This document shows positions 39,318 through 48,895 of a DNA stretch of 64,000 nucleotides, in pieces. The stretch covers positions 96,001 to 160,000 of the forward strand of contig JAWADY010000001.1 of assembly GCA_038891615.1 (NCBI GenBank), in the 5' to 3' direction. Positions within the stretch are counted from its first letter, which is position 1. Each line of letters opens with the position of its first letter. Below the pieces are notes generated by a model that ran no database searches, was not told the DNA's origin, and saw only the letters and a program-made list of their open reading frames with translations. Made by a program: the position numbers and the translations under genes. The stretch is from Candidatus Woesearchaeota archaeon. GTDB lineage: Archaea; Nanobdellota; Nanobdellia; Woesearchaeales; ARS49.

Positions 39318-40007
39318 ATGAGTGAACAAAGAAAAGTAGATAGGAAGGAGGGACGTAAAATGAAATTGCCATCAGCACAGAGAGTTGGTGTTTTTGTTGA
39401 TGTGCAAAACCTCTACTACAGCGCAAGGTTCATCTACAATGCAAAGGTAAATTTCAAAACAATATTAGAGGATGCAGTCCAAGGAAGAAACCTAATTCGT
39501 GCAATCGCATATGTCATACGAGCAGAAGAAGAAGTAAAAAAAGAAGCATTTTTTGAAGCTTTGCACAAGATTGGTTTTGAGGTCAAGGCAAAGGACCTGC
39601 AGGTATTTTATGGGGGTGCAAAAAAAGGAGACTGGGATATTGGGATTGCGATGGATGCAATCGAGCTTGCACCAAAGCTTGATACTGTCGTACTAATATC
39701 AGGAGATGGTGATTTTGTCCCTCTTGTTGAACACCTCAAGAGGGCGTTAGGCTGCCGTGTCGAAGTAATGTGTTTTGGAAAAAGCGGCTCTTCCAAATTG
39801 ATTGAAGCCGCGGACAGTTTCATTGACCTTGATAGTAATCCACGAAGATATTTGATTAAAAAGATTAGTGCACGAGAAGCTGAAAGGACATCTGGAGAAG
39901 AAAAATTTGCGAGCCAGCGCTTGGTTCCAGAAACTCATCTAATGTCTGGCAAAGGTGCTGAAATAGAGAAGGTCAGACGAAAAGGAGGACTTGAAGAATT
40001 GGATTAA
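39318..40007 (+). CDS. NYN domain (LabA/DUF88) protein
   Basis: VFVDVQN, KGDWDIGIAMD, ISGDGDF, L..AADSF. Confidence 0.92.
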   Translation: MSEQRKVDRKEGRKMKLPSAQRVGVFVDVQNLYYSARFIYNAKVNFKTILEDAVQGRNLIRAIAYVIRAEEEVKKEAFFEALHKIGFEVKAKDLQVFYGGAKKGDWDIGIAMDAIELAPKLDTVVLISGDGDFVPLVEHLKRALGCRVEVMCFGKSGSSKLIEAADSFIDLDSNPRRYLIKKISAREAERTSGEEKFASQRLVPETHLMSGKGAEIEKVRRKGGLEELD

Positions 40008-40044
40008 AAACATCTGTGCTTGAAAGATAGATAAGGTGCTTAAA

Positions 40045-40377
40045 ATGGTTGCTGAAATAAACAAAGAAACATATTCGCAAGAGGTTCTGAAAAGCAGACT
40101 TCCTGTCATTGTTGATTTCTTTGCAGACTGGTGCGGCCCTTGTCACATGCTAAAACCTATTTTTGAAAAGCTTGAAAATGACCCAGAATTTAAAGGCAAG
40201 CTTAAATTTGCAAAAATTGATATAGAAAAGAACAAAGACATTGCAGAGAAAAACCTCATTCTCGGAATACCCTGTTTAGTCCTTTTTAGTGATGGAAAAG
40301 AGGTTGGTAGAATTGTTGGAGCATATCCAGAACATGAAGTGAAGGAAAAAATAAAGGAAATTCTAAAAAGAATATAA
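40045..40377 (+). CDS. trxA: Thioredoxin
   Basis: VDFFADWCGPC, GIP, F.DGKEV. Confidence 0.95.
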   Translation: MVAEINKETYSQEVLKSRLPVIVDFFADWCGPCHMLKPIFEKLENDPEFKGKLKFAKIDIEKNKDIAEKNLILGIPCLVLFSDGKEVGRIVGAYPEHEVKEKIKEILKRI

Positions 40378-40394
40378 CTAACCTTTAGTATTCT

Positions 40395-41165
40395 TCACAC
40401 ATGAATGAGGATGCCAAGCAGCCAAATGACTGCAATTCCAGAAAGAAACAGCAGAAAATTTATTCCAGCCTTTTTAACAGATTCTGCATGATGCATCTCA
40501 GGCACAAGGTCTGCTAATGCGATATAGATGAACCCTCCTGCTGAAAAAGGAAGAAGCAACATGCTTATGTTGGCAACCTTTTCTACAAAGAAAAAAGCTG
40601 CAAATGCGCCTATAAACGCAGCCAGGGCTGAAACAAAGTTCCAAAAAAGAGCTTTTAGCCTACTGAAGCCAGAATAAACAAGTATCCCAAAGTCGCCTAT
40701 CTCTTGAGGAATTTCATGAAGCATGACTGCAAGCGTAGTTATTACGCCGAGCGGATAGGCTACAAGAAAGGTTGTTGCAATGATTGCACCGTCTAGAAAA
40801 TTATGTATGCCATCTCCCAAAATGTTTAAATATGGTAATGCAGTTGTTCTTTCTCTGTGTTTGCCTGCTGTTTTGTGACTTAAATGAAAATGATGGTACC
40901 AATAGAAAAATGTTTCAACCCCAAAAAAGGTTATCGTGCCTATAAGTGTTAGAACAAAAACAGTTTCTGCAGAAAGTTGCTCAACTGTTTCAGGTAGCAT
41001 CTCAAGAAAAGCAGTGCCAATAAGAGCCCCTGCCGCAAAGGAAATTAAAAAAAATATTAATCTGTCTAACATCTTTTTGGTTAATATCAAAGTTAGTGCT
41101 CCAATTAATGATATAATGCTTACGATTCCAACAGCAATTGCGATTTGTGCAATAACAGGAATCAC
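40395..41165 (-). CDS. ZIP family metal transporter
   Basis: His-rich loop, GDGIHNFLDG, HEIPQEIGD, FIYIA..DL.PE. Confidence 0.93.
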   Translation of the reverse strand: MIPVIAQIAIAVGIVSIISLIGALTLILTKKMLDRLIFFLISFAAGALIGTAFLEMLPETVEQLSAETVFVLTLIGTITFFGVETFFYWYHHFHLSHKTAGKHRERTTALPYLNILGDGIHNFLDGAIIATTFLVAYPLGVITTLAVMLHEIPQEIGDFGILVYSGFSRLKALFWNFVSALAAFIGAFAAFFFVEKVANISMLLLPFSAGGFIYIALADLVPEMHHAESVKKAGINFLLFLSGIAVIWLLGILIHV

Positions 41166-41278
41166 TTTTCTACCTCTTTTGCATTTTTCATGCTTTCAGC
41201 CAAAAGTTTCTATAAAAAACTTTCGTTGCTTGATGATGAAAACAAAAAATTAAAAACCTTATGCACTTCTAAAAATGC

Positions 41279-41950
41279 ATGCTAAAAACCCCTTTGCTCA
41301 TTGTTAATTTTAAGGCATATCCTTCAGCTATTGGAAGACAAGCAGTTCAGCTTGCAAGTGTTTGCGAGAAAATAGCGAGAAAGTTTGGAATAGAAATTGC
41401 TGTTGCAACTCAATCAGCTGATATATGTGCCGTTTCTGATAAGGTAACAATTCCTGTGCTTGCACAACATGTTGACCCATTTAGCTCAGGTCCACATACA
41501 GGATCTATCATTCCACTGGCGGTCAAAGCCGCTGGAGCAACCGGGACTTTCTTGAATCATTCAGAAAAAAGGATGGCTTTTAAAGAGTTAACAATTGCTA
41601 ACATGTTTGCAAAAAAGGCAGGACTTCAAACAATAATTTTTGCAGCATCACCGGCTAAAGCAGTAAAGGCGGCAAGTCTAAAACCAAGACCTGATTTTAT
41701 TGCGATAGAGCCCCCTGAACTTATTGGCGGCAAGAGAGCGGTTTCGCAAGCAAAGCCAGAGGTTATTACTGCGACAACTCAAAGAATAACTAACATCCCA
41801 ATAATATGTGGTGCAGGGATAAAAACAGCCGAAGATGTTCGAAAAGCGATAAAGCTTGGTGCCGTTGGAGTGGCTGTTGCTTCTGGTGTTGTACTTTCAA
41901 AAAGCCCTGAAGGAGCGCTTAGGGAGCTTGCGCTTGGGCTACTTGGCTAA
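41279..41950 (+). CDS. tpiA: Triosephosphate isomerase (archaeal type)
   Basis: NFKAY, AQHVD, HTG, NHSE, EPPELIG, GAGI. Confidence 0.95.
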   Translation: MLKTPLLIVNFKAYPSAIGRQAVQLASVCEKIARKFGIEIAVATQSADICAVSDKVTIPVLAQHVDPFSSGPHTGSIIPLAVKAAGATGTFLNHSEKRMAFKELTIANMFAKKAGLQTIIFAASPAKAVKAASLKPRPDFIAIEPPELIGGKRAVSQAKPEVITATTQRITNIPIICGAGIKTAEDVRKAIKLGAVGVAVASGVVLSKSPEGALRELALGLLG

Positions 41951-41958
41951 AACTAAAG

Positions 41959-42597
41959 CTATACTACTTCTACAACCAGTCTTCTTGGTCTTTTGTCAGG
42001 ATAAAGTAAACCACGGTTGTTGTCTTTCCAGCAATTCGTTTCGTCGACATTCTGAATTGTGCTTCCATTAAAAACGCAAATGTTGAATGTGTAAATTCCA
42101 GGCCTCGTCGAGGCTGTATTGGAAAGCTTTGGTTCAATGCTGACAAACAATGGGATTGTTTTAAACTCATTAGGCTTTATTTTTTGTGCACTTTTGTCAT
42201 ATCGAAGCCAATTTTTATTGATGTATGCCTGCTCTGCAATGGTTATTTCAGTAGTTCCATCTGGCGTAAACGCTCTGTCAAATCCAACCATAACATAAAA
42301 GTTTTGCTCATCTAGGAGAATGTTTTGTACGCCAATTCCAAAAACAGCAGAATCTTTTATACCTAACTTTTTTTGCGCAGGCAATACTGCAACTATTTCT
42401 CCTGCTGAGATAAGGCTTTCAAGCTCTTGTTCTGTTTTTTCATCAAGCACGGTCTGTGTTTCTTTTGCTTTAAAAAATATGTTTCTAAGCACAACCATTG
42501 AGCTTCCAAAAATGACTATTGAAATGATAAGAAGAACAATAAAAGTCATGGAAACTTCTATGCCCTTTTTTTGTTTGGGCAGGTGCACAACAATCAC
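41959..42597 (-). CDS. Class III signal peptide (pilin-like) protein
   Basis: KKG|IEVSMTFIVLLIISIVIF hydrophobic N-terminal helix. Confidence 0.75.
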   Translation of the reverse strand: MIVVHLPKQKKGIEVSMTFIVLLIISIVIFGSSMVVLRNIFFKAKETQTVLDEKTEQELESLISAGEIVAVLPAQKKLGIKDSAVFGIGVQNILLDEQNFYVMVGFDRAFTPDGTTEITIAEQAYINKNWLRYDKSAQKIKPNEFKTIPLFVSIEPKLSNTASTRPGIYTFNICVFNGSTIQNVDETNCWKDNNRGLLYPDKRPRRLVVEVV

Positions 42598-42601
42598 CGA
42601 G

Positions 42602-42829
42602 CTATCTCACGTGCTCAAACTCCCTTTTCAGAAACCAAACAAAAAGGAGCAATAGCACAATACCTGCAACAAAATAATAAAATCCATCTGCAAGGCTTCT
42701 TGAAACAGTCAAATAAAAGCCGTAGAGAAGTACAACAATCCCAGCAAGCAACCATTTGTCAAGAACAAGCTTCATTATTTCAAACTCTTCACTTGCTGTT
42801 AGCATTCGTTTTGACGCCGGTTTTGGCAT
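42602..42829 (-). CDS. Small membrane protein (2 TM)
   Basis: GGTGA RBS; two hydrophobic segments; lies between two pilin-like genes. Confidence 0.7.
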   Translation of the reverse strand: MPKPASKRMLTASEEFEIMKLVLDKWLLAGIVVLLYGFYLTVSRSLADGFYYFVAGIVLLLLFVWFLKREFEHVR

Positions 42830-42838
42830 TTTATCACC

Positions 42839-43378
42839 TTATGCAACTGTTATGAATGAACTTTTGCTGGCGTATACAGGGTCATCATGTAAGGTCTGGC
42901 AACTCGCATTAGTGTAAGACATCACTTCAATAACAAATGCAAAGGTTCCAGCCCTTCTTGGAGTTGTCATAAAAACTGGAATTATAGTTGTGCCAGCAGG
43001 TGGAAGCCTTAGACAATCCCCAGTGACTCTAACATTGAATTCCTCTGTTCCTGGGTCGCTCAAATTTGTATCAAATCTTGTTGCTATTTTATAGTTTAAT
43101 TCTCTTCCTAACATATTTTGGATTCCAATAGCAATTGTTTTGCCTTCGCCTCTCACAAGCTGCATTGATGTCGGAAAAGATATCCTTTCTCCACTTGCCC
43201 TTAACTGTTGTGTTATCTGCTCACGAACTTGTGCAGTAATTTCTTCTTGCAAACCAGTAATTCCCCTAAACTGACCACGGATGAAAACAAGCGCAAGTCC
43301 TAGAACAGTGATTGCAATTACCACAATGACAATTACGTTTATAGAAAGCTCAAGCGCAGCCTTTTTACCCTCTACCAT
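42839..43378 (-). CDS. Class III signal peptide (pilin-like) protein
   Basis: KKAA|LELSINVIVIVVIAITVLGLAL; GAGGTG RBS before ATG 43378. Confidence 0.8.
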   Translation of the reverse strand: MVEGKKAALELSINVIVIVVIAITVLGLALVFIRGQFRGITGLQEEITAQVREQITQQLRASGERISFPTSMQLVRGEGKTIAIGIQNMLGRELNYKIATRFDTNLSDPGTEEFNVRVTGDCLRLPPAGTTIIPVFMTTPRRAGTFAFVIEVMSYTNASCQTLHDDPVYASKSSFITVA

Positions 43379-43455
43379 CGCACACCTCTTTTTATGCAGT
43401 TTTTCCAAATAAAAGTTTGAATATCTTTATAAAGCTTTCTACACCTTTGTTTTGA

Positions 43456-44052
43456 ATGCTAAATAAAAAAGAGAGAATGCTCTTTAGTGAAGAGCTTGGC
43501 ATAAAGCTCACCAAAAAACCATCAGAAAAAGAGCTTTTTAAATGGTTTCTCGCAGCCATTCTTTTTGGGAAGCCAATACAATTTGGAGTCGCAAAAAGAA
43601 CATTTCAGCTGTTTATTTTAAGAAAGCTGACATCTCCAAAGGCAATTCTTGTTACAGGATGGGATAGACTGGTTGAGCTTCTTGACCTTGGAGGATATGT
43701 CCGTTACGATTTCAGCACTGCAACAAAACTTCTCGAGGTCATGCAAAAATTGCAAAAAGATTATGCCGGAAGTCTTTGGAAGCTTCACGAGTCTGCAGCA
43801 GATTCTGCCGACCTTGAAAAAAGATTGATGGATTTTAAAGGAATTGGCCCTGTAACCACTAACATTTTCCTTCGAGAGCTCAGAGCTGTTTGGCCAAAGG
43901 CAGACCCTGAGCCTCTACCAGCTGTGAAAGAAATGGCAAGAAAGCTAAAAATAAAGCTGCCAAAAAACAGAAAAGCAGACACTTTCATCAGGATTGAAGC
44001 ATCTCTAATAAGGAAATGGCTTGCCTCAAAACATAAAAAAAGGCAGGTCTAA
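43456..44052 (+). CDS. HhH-GPD superfamily-like DNA-binding/glycosylase-like protein
   Basis: LFKWFLAAILFG.PI, GGYVRYD, FKGIGPVT.NIFLRELR.VW. Confidence 0.75.
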   Translation: MLNKKERMLFSEELGIKLTKKPSEKELFKWFLAAILFGKPIQFGVAKRTFQLFILRKLTSPKAILVTGWDRLVELLDLGGYVRYDFSTATKLLEVMQKLQKDYAGSLWKLHESAADSADLEKRLMDFKGIGPVTTNIFLRELRAVWPKADPEPLPAVKEMARKLKIKLPKNRKADTFIRIEASLIRKWLASKHKKRQV

Positions 44053-44178
44053 GAAGGAATCATAAACAACAATATCATAATTGCCACTACAGCTAAACAT
44101 CCTTTTTTAGCCAAAGAGTTTTAGTCTTAAAACAAGAAAAGCACAAAATCTAAAAAGTCTTTTACGCTGTTTTTTGAT

Positions 44179-45579
44179 ATGAAAAAACCAACAAAAACCC
44201 TTTCAGGAGTAACGCCGGTTGCAGTAATGACAGAACCTCGTGCTTGCGACCATGGAACCTGCGTTTATTGCCCAAGCCTTGGAGTTTCACAAAGCTACAC
44301 TCCCCGCTCGCCTGCGGTAATGAGAGCGTTGCGTGTGGGATATGACCCCTTTGGTCAAGTAAGGACAAGACTTGAACATTACAAGGCAATGGGTCATTCG
44401 AGGGACAAGATTGAACTGATAGTAATGGGTGGAACTTTTTTGCAATATCCTCTTGACTACCAATACTCCTTTATCAAGCGATGTTATGATGCATTGAATG
44501 GAAAAGAAGCGAGAAATCTTGCTGTTGCAAAGAAAATAAACGAAAGAGCAAAGCACCGTTGTGTTGCCCTTTGCATTGAAACAAGACCAGACAATTGTAC
44601 CGAGAACGATATCAAAAGAATGCTCGATTTTGGCACAACAAGGGTTGAGTTAGGAATCCAAATGCCAGATGACCAGCTTTACGCCATAACCAAACGAGGG
44701 CATTCTGTTAGGGATGTTGTCGAGGCAACAGCGAGGCTCAAGGATTGTGGTTTCAAAGTCGGTTATCACATCATGCCAGGACTTCCAGGAAGCACTCCTG
44801 AAAAAGATCTTGCAATGTTCAAACAGATTTTTGATGACGAAAACTTTAGACCCGATCAAGTAAAGATATATCCAACACAGGTTGTCAAAGGAGCTGAGCT
44901 TGCAGAATGGTATGCTCAAGGCATCTACGAGCCTTACTCAGACCATGTTATTGAGGAACTTTTAGAGAAAATGATTCTTATGGTGCCTGAATATTGCAGG
45001 GTGATGAGAATAATGCGGGAGATTCCTCCGATGTATCTTGTTGCAGGCACAAAATGGGTTAATTTTAGAGCAAAGATTGAGGAAAAGCTCAGAAAAAAGC
45101 ATAGGGCAGATGTCAAGGAAATAAGGTTAAGAGAGATTGGACTTGCTATGCGTGATGGGGTGAAAATAGATCAAAAAATTGAAATAAAAGTACTGCCATA
45201 TGCAGCAAGCAAAGGAAAAGAATATTTTATAAGTGTTGTCAACAACCAGAACATACTATTCGGATTGTGCAGGCTTAGGATTCCCCACAAGACTTTTCTT
45301 CCTGAGCTTCATGATGCTGCTCTTGTACGAGAGTTACATGTTTATGGGCAGACGGTTGGGCTTAAAGATGTGATAGATAAGGTTTGCGCTGACACGACAA
45401 TGTTGAGAGTGTGGCAGCACAAGGGCCTTGGAAAAAGGCTCATGGAAGAAGCTGAAAGAATTGCAAAAGAAGAAGGGATGAGAAGGATTGCGGTTATTAG
45501 TGGAGTTGGTGTTCGCGAGTATTACAGAAAACTTGGCTATAGGCTTAATGGAAGTTATATGTGTAAAACCTTAGGATGA
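44179..45579 (+). CDS. elp3: Elp3 tRNA U34 acetyltransferase (radical SAM + GNAT)
   Basis: CDHGTCVYCP, SYT, MGGTF, IETRPD, KIYPT, RELHVYG, QHKGLG, ISGVGVREYY. Confidence 0.95.
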   Translation: MKKPTKTLSGVTPVAVMTEPRACDHGTCVYCPSLGVSQSYTPRSPAVMRALRVGYDPFGQVRTRLEHYKAMGHSRDKIELIVMGGTFLQYPLDYQYSFIKRCYDALNGKEARNLAVAKKINERAKHRCVALCIETRPDNCTENDIKRMLDFGTTRVELGIQMPDDQLYAITKRGHSVRDVVEATARLKDCGFKVGYHIMPGLPGSTPEKDLAMFKQIFDDENFRPDQVKIYPTQVVKGAELAEWYAQGIYEPYSDHVIEELLEKMILMVPEYCRVMRIMREIPPMYLVAGTKWVNFRAKIEEKLRKKHRADVKEIRLREIGLAMRDGVKIDQKIEIKVLPYAASKGKEYFISVVNNQNILFGLCRLRIPHKTFLPELHDAALVRELHVYGQTVGLKDVIDKVCADTTMLRVWQHKGLGKRLMEEAERIAKEEGMRRIAVISGVGVREYYRKLGYRLNGSYMCKTLG

Positions 45580-45631
45580 TAAGTTTTGAGAAAAAGAGCG
45601 TTCTTTTACAACGAGCTTTAATGAGTTTTAT

Positions 45632-46222
45632 TTATTTCTTTGTATACTTTAGGCGTTCGTCACCACAGAGATTTATATAAACAGATTTCCACCAGTCCGA
45701 AGCGTGTATGTTTGGGTCATAAACTAATTTACTTATTATTTTGCGTTGATTACCACTGAGTATCCGATTTTTCGGCACATTCTTCTTTTTTGCCAGCTCG
45801 TCATAAATGCCAAGCAAGTGGTCGTAGAGCTGTCCATCTGCATTAATTTTGCCTATTTTAGCAATTTTATTTGTTTTAAGATAAGGAACAAGGTGCTCGA
45901 GAACAACGCCAAATCCTAAAAAGTCATCATAGGCATCAAGCTTTTCTTTTAAAGGCTCTTTTGCAAAATAATCTAGCAAATTTGAATTATTCTCAAGATT
46001 TAACTTTTTCAGTTCTCCTTTAAGCCTTTCTCGGCTTATTGGTATATCTGGGAGAGGGTTGCTCGTATAGTTGTTTTCGCTAACTTTTTTTTCAGAAACA
46101 GCTTCCCAAACAACATCTCTCCTTATTTCCTTCTTTCCTTCGTGTAGGACTAGATACACATTATAGCGATTAAAACTCGTTGGCTCATAGTCAATAAAGG
46201 CTTCAATTCCGTCAGCTTCCAT
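45632..46222 (-). CDS. Hypothetical protein
   Basis: AAGGAG RBS and TATA-like element upstream of ATG 46222. Confidence 0.6.
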   Translation of the reverse strand: MEADGIEAFIDYEPTSFNRYNVYLVLHEGKKEIRRDVVWEAVSEKKVSENNYTSNPLPDIPISRERLKGELKKLNLENNSNLLDYFAKEPLKEKLDAYDDFLGFGVVLEHLVPYLKTNKIAKIGKINADGQLYDHLLGIYDELAKKKNVPKNRILSGNQRKIISKLVYDPNIHASDWWKSVYINLCGDERLKYTKK

Positions 46223-46275
46223 AGTTTCGCTCCTTAAAAAGAGACAAGAATACAAATGGATATATAAATGTTTTG

Positions 46276-47724
46276 TCACTTCACAGTTATTATTTCCTCA
46301 TGTAAACGTATCCTGTTCTTACCTGTTCTTTTTGCTGCCAAAAGAGCACCATCTGAAGCCTTAATGGTAAGATTCAGTGCTTCAATCAGCTTCTCTTCAG
46401 AAACGGCTAATCCTGTTCCTTTGAATGTTGCAACACCACCGCTGACAGTCACAGCAGCCCTATCATATATGCCAAGTTTTGGTAAAATCTCTTTCGTCTT
46501 TTCCTCTAAAGAAGCCTTAATCCTTTCTGCAATGACATAAGCATCACTTTGATTTGCAAAAACCGCTAAAACAAATTCCTCGCCTCCGAATCTACAAAGG
46601 AGGTCCTCCCGCCTTTTAAGTGATGCAATGGAATTTGATACTATTTTCAAGACAGCATCTCCAATATCGTGACCATATTTATCATTTATTTGTTTGAAAT
46701 CGTCTATGTCAAAAAAGATTATAGAAAGCTGTGCACCAAGCTGTTGAGCAGCCATGAATCGCTTTTTTAAGTCTCTATCAAAATATCTTCTATTGAACAG
46801 CCTCGTCAATGGGTCTGTGATGGACTCCCATGCTCTCTCAAAAAATGTTGTTTTCAACTTGTATAAAGACATTGTTCCATATCTTGAAAGCGTGGCTTTA
46901 CACGCATCATCCAGAAGACCAGAATATGCATGCAATCGAGAGAGGTACTCCAAAACCTCTTCAGGTGTTGTCAGAGTTCTCAAATCTTTTTTGATATCAG
47001 CCAGAGTTATCTTCTTGTATTTTGAGACAAGCCTCTTAAGTTTTGTTACAACTGATATTTTCTCCTTCAAAAACTTATTGAGAGGCTCAACTATTCTAGA
47101 TTTTTCTTCATAAACAAGTTGGTAGAGGTTGCTTGCAGCTGCTGCTAGCTTTGTTTTCAGCCATTCCAGCTCTTCCTTGCCTGCCCTTTCCAACGACTGG
47201 AGTACATCAAGTTCAATGTCTAAATTTGCTTGCTCGCGTGTGATAAGCTCAGCTAAAGAGTTGACGATTCTTGCCAACTCCTCTTCGATGCTCCACTCCG
47301 TCCGTTTTAGCTCTAATGAAAGAGCCACTTGCTGAGATAAAGCGGATAGCTTTTCTTTTAGTGCATCCCCAGGCTTACCTTCGGCATAAGCCTTTTGTAT
47401 CAGCGCAAGTTCTTGCGTGAAAATAGAATCTTCAACAGGCCTTAGAGCAAGCTCTTTTTTCCGAATCTCCTCTTCCTCTTTTTTGTATTTCAAAATCTCT
47501 TCAAATGCAACCTTTAGGTCTTTTTCGATTTTATCAATGAGTGGTTTTAAAGAGACATCTTTTCCAGCAATTTTGTCGCTTATCGCATCTATAAGCCGTA
47601 TGACATCCTTTCTATGGTCCCGCAATGAAGAAATTCTTTTTTCAAAACTGGCTATGACCTCCTGCTCATGCACACCAAGCTGCAGGAGCAGGTCTAATAT
47701 TTTTTGAATATCGTTGTTTGACAT
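46276..47724 (-). CDS. Diguanylate cyclase (GGDEF domain) with N-terminal coiled-coil region
   Basis: TDPLT.LFNRR, FDIDDFKQIND.YGHDIGD, RREDLLCRFGGEEF, VTVSGGVA, AK..GKNR. Confidence 0.93.
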   Translation of the reverse strand: MSNNDIQKILDLLLQLGVHEQEVIASFEKRISSLRDHRKDVIRLIDAISDKIAGKDVSLKPLIDKIEKDLKVAFEEILKYKKEEEEIRKKELALRPVEDSIFTQELALIQKAYAEGKPGDALKEKLSALSQQVALSLELKRTEWSIEEELARIVNSLAELITREQANLDIELDVLQSLERAGKEELEWLKTKLAAAASNLYQLVYEEKSRIVEPLNKFLKEKISVVTKLKRLVSKYKKITLADIKKDLRTLTTPEEVLEYLSRLHAYSGLLDDACKATLSRYGTMSLYKLKTTFFERAWESITDPLTRLFNRRYFDRDLKKRFMAAQQLGAQLSIIFFDIDDFKQINDKYGHDIGDAVLKIVSNSIASLKRREDLLCRFGGEEFVLAVFANQSDAYVIAERIKASLEEKTKEILPKLGIYDRAAVTVSGGVATFKGTGLAVSEEKLIEALNLTIKASDGALLAAKRTGKNRIRLHEEIITVK

Positions 47725-47727
47725 GCC

Positions 47728-48846
47728 TTAAAGAATAAACATCTTTTCAACAATCTTTTTTGCCTTTTCGCGTTTTCTTTGATGACTTTTAAGGAATCTT
47801 TCAAGCTTTGTAATAAGGATCTGCTTTAGCTCACTAGTGAGCAGGCTACCACTTTTGTAATCATCATAAATCTTTTGCAGCTTTGCATCATCAGGTTCGA
47901 ATAATGCCCGTAAGTATTGGAATGCAACATCGATATCAGGATTGCCGCCTTTTTTTCTATGTTCTGCAATTGTTGGCTGACCTCCTGAAAAAGCATATTT
48001 TCTTATTTTTAACGCCACCTCTTCAAGGCTGTCTGTCAACGCTATGAATGATGTTGGATCCGATGAAGACATCTTCCCACCCTTTAAGCCTGGAATGAAA
48101 ATATGATAGATTGAACTGGGTTGAAAAAACTTCAGCCCTTTTATTCTTTGACAAATGTCTCTAGTTAATCTTATGTGAGGATCTTGGTCAATCCCGACAG
48201 GAACAACGACAGGCATCGATCCCTCGAATTCAGGAAGTTGTGGATGCAATATGTCGGAAGCTTGCAAAAGTGCAGAAATCATTTTTCCAGGAGTAATCTC
48301 ACCATAAACCGATTTGAACTCATTAAAAGTGACATATCTTGCTACTAAATTCTGCAATCTATAATATGCATTTGATTTGGTTGCATTGTTTGAACGGCCG
48401 CTTTGAAAGTAAATGTCACAGTTCTTGCGCTTAAGCCCAAGAGCAAAATAGTTTGTTATGTAATCATCCAAAGCTATTCTCCTGCTTTCTTCAAGGCTTT
48501 GCGCTCTTGCTGTGTATGCCTCGATGTCTGCAACTGCAATGTAAAGTCTTGCACCGAGCCTTTGCCAAAAAATCATTTGTTGTGCAACAAGCATGTGACC
48601 AAGATGAAACTTTCCGGTTGGCATTAGCCCTGTCATCATGACAAAAGGCTTTTTTGCTTTTATGGAATCAAGAATTTGTTGCAAATCCCTATGAGCAAAA
48701 ATTATTCTACGCCTAAAAAGATGGCTTTCTTCAAACTCTTTCGGAAGCCTCTCAATCAAGGAAAGCCCAAACTCCTTCACGAGCCTTGAATAATCTATTT
48801 TTCCAGAAACCTCCCAAGGGGTTATAAATGTTTCATCACGCTGCAT
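47728..48846 (-). CDS. trpS: Tryptophan--tRNA ligase
   Basis: TPWEV, HRD, HLGH, DQDPH, KMSSS, AFSGG. Confidence 0.95.
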   Translation of the reverse strand: MQRDETFITPWEVSGKIDYSRLVKEFGLSLIERLPKEFEESHLFRRRIIFAHRDLQQILDSIKAKKPFVMMTGLMPTGKFHLGHMLVAQQMIFWQRLGARLYIAVADIEAYTARAQSLEESRRIALDDYITNYFALGLKRKNCDIYFQSGRSNNATKSNAYYRLQNLVARYVTFNEFKSVYGEITPGKMISALLQASDILHPQLPEFEGSMPVVVPVGIDQDPHIRLTRDICQRIKGLKFFQPSSIYHIFIPGLKGGKMSSSDPTSFIALTDSLEEVALKIRKYAFSGGQPTIAEHRKKGGNPDIDVAFQYLRALFEPDDAKLQKIYDDYKSGSLLTSELKQILITKLERFLKSHQRKREKAKKIVEKMFIL

Positions 48847-48895
48847 AAGTAGTTGGCTACTAAAGGCTTATTTAAAGCTAGCGCTCATGAAGGCT

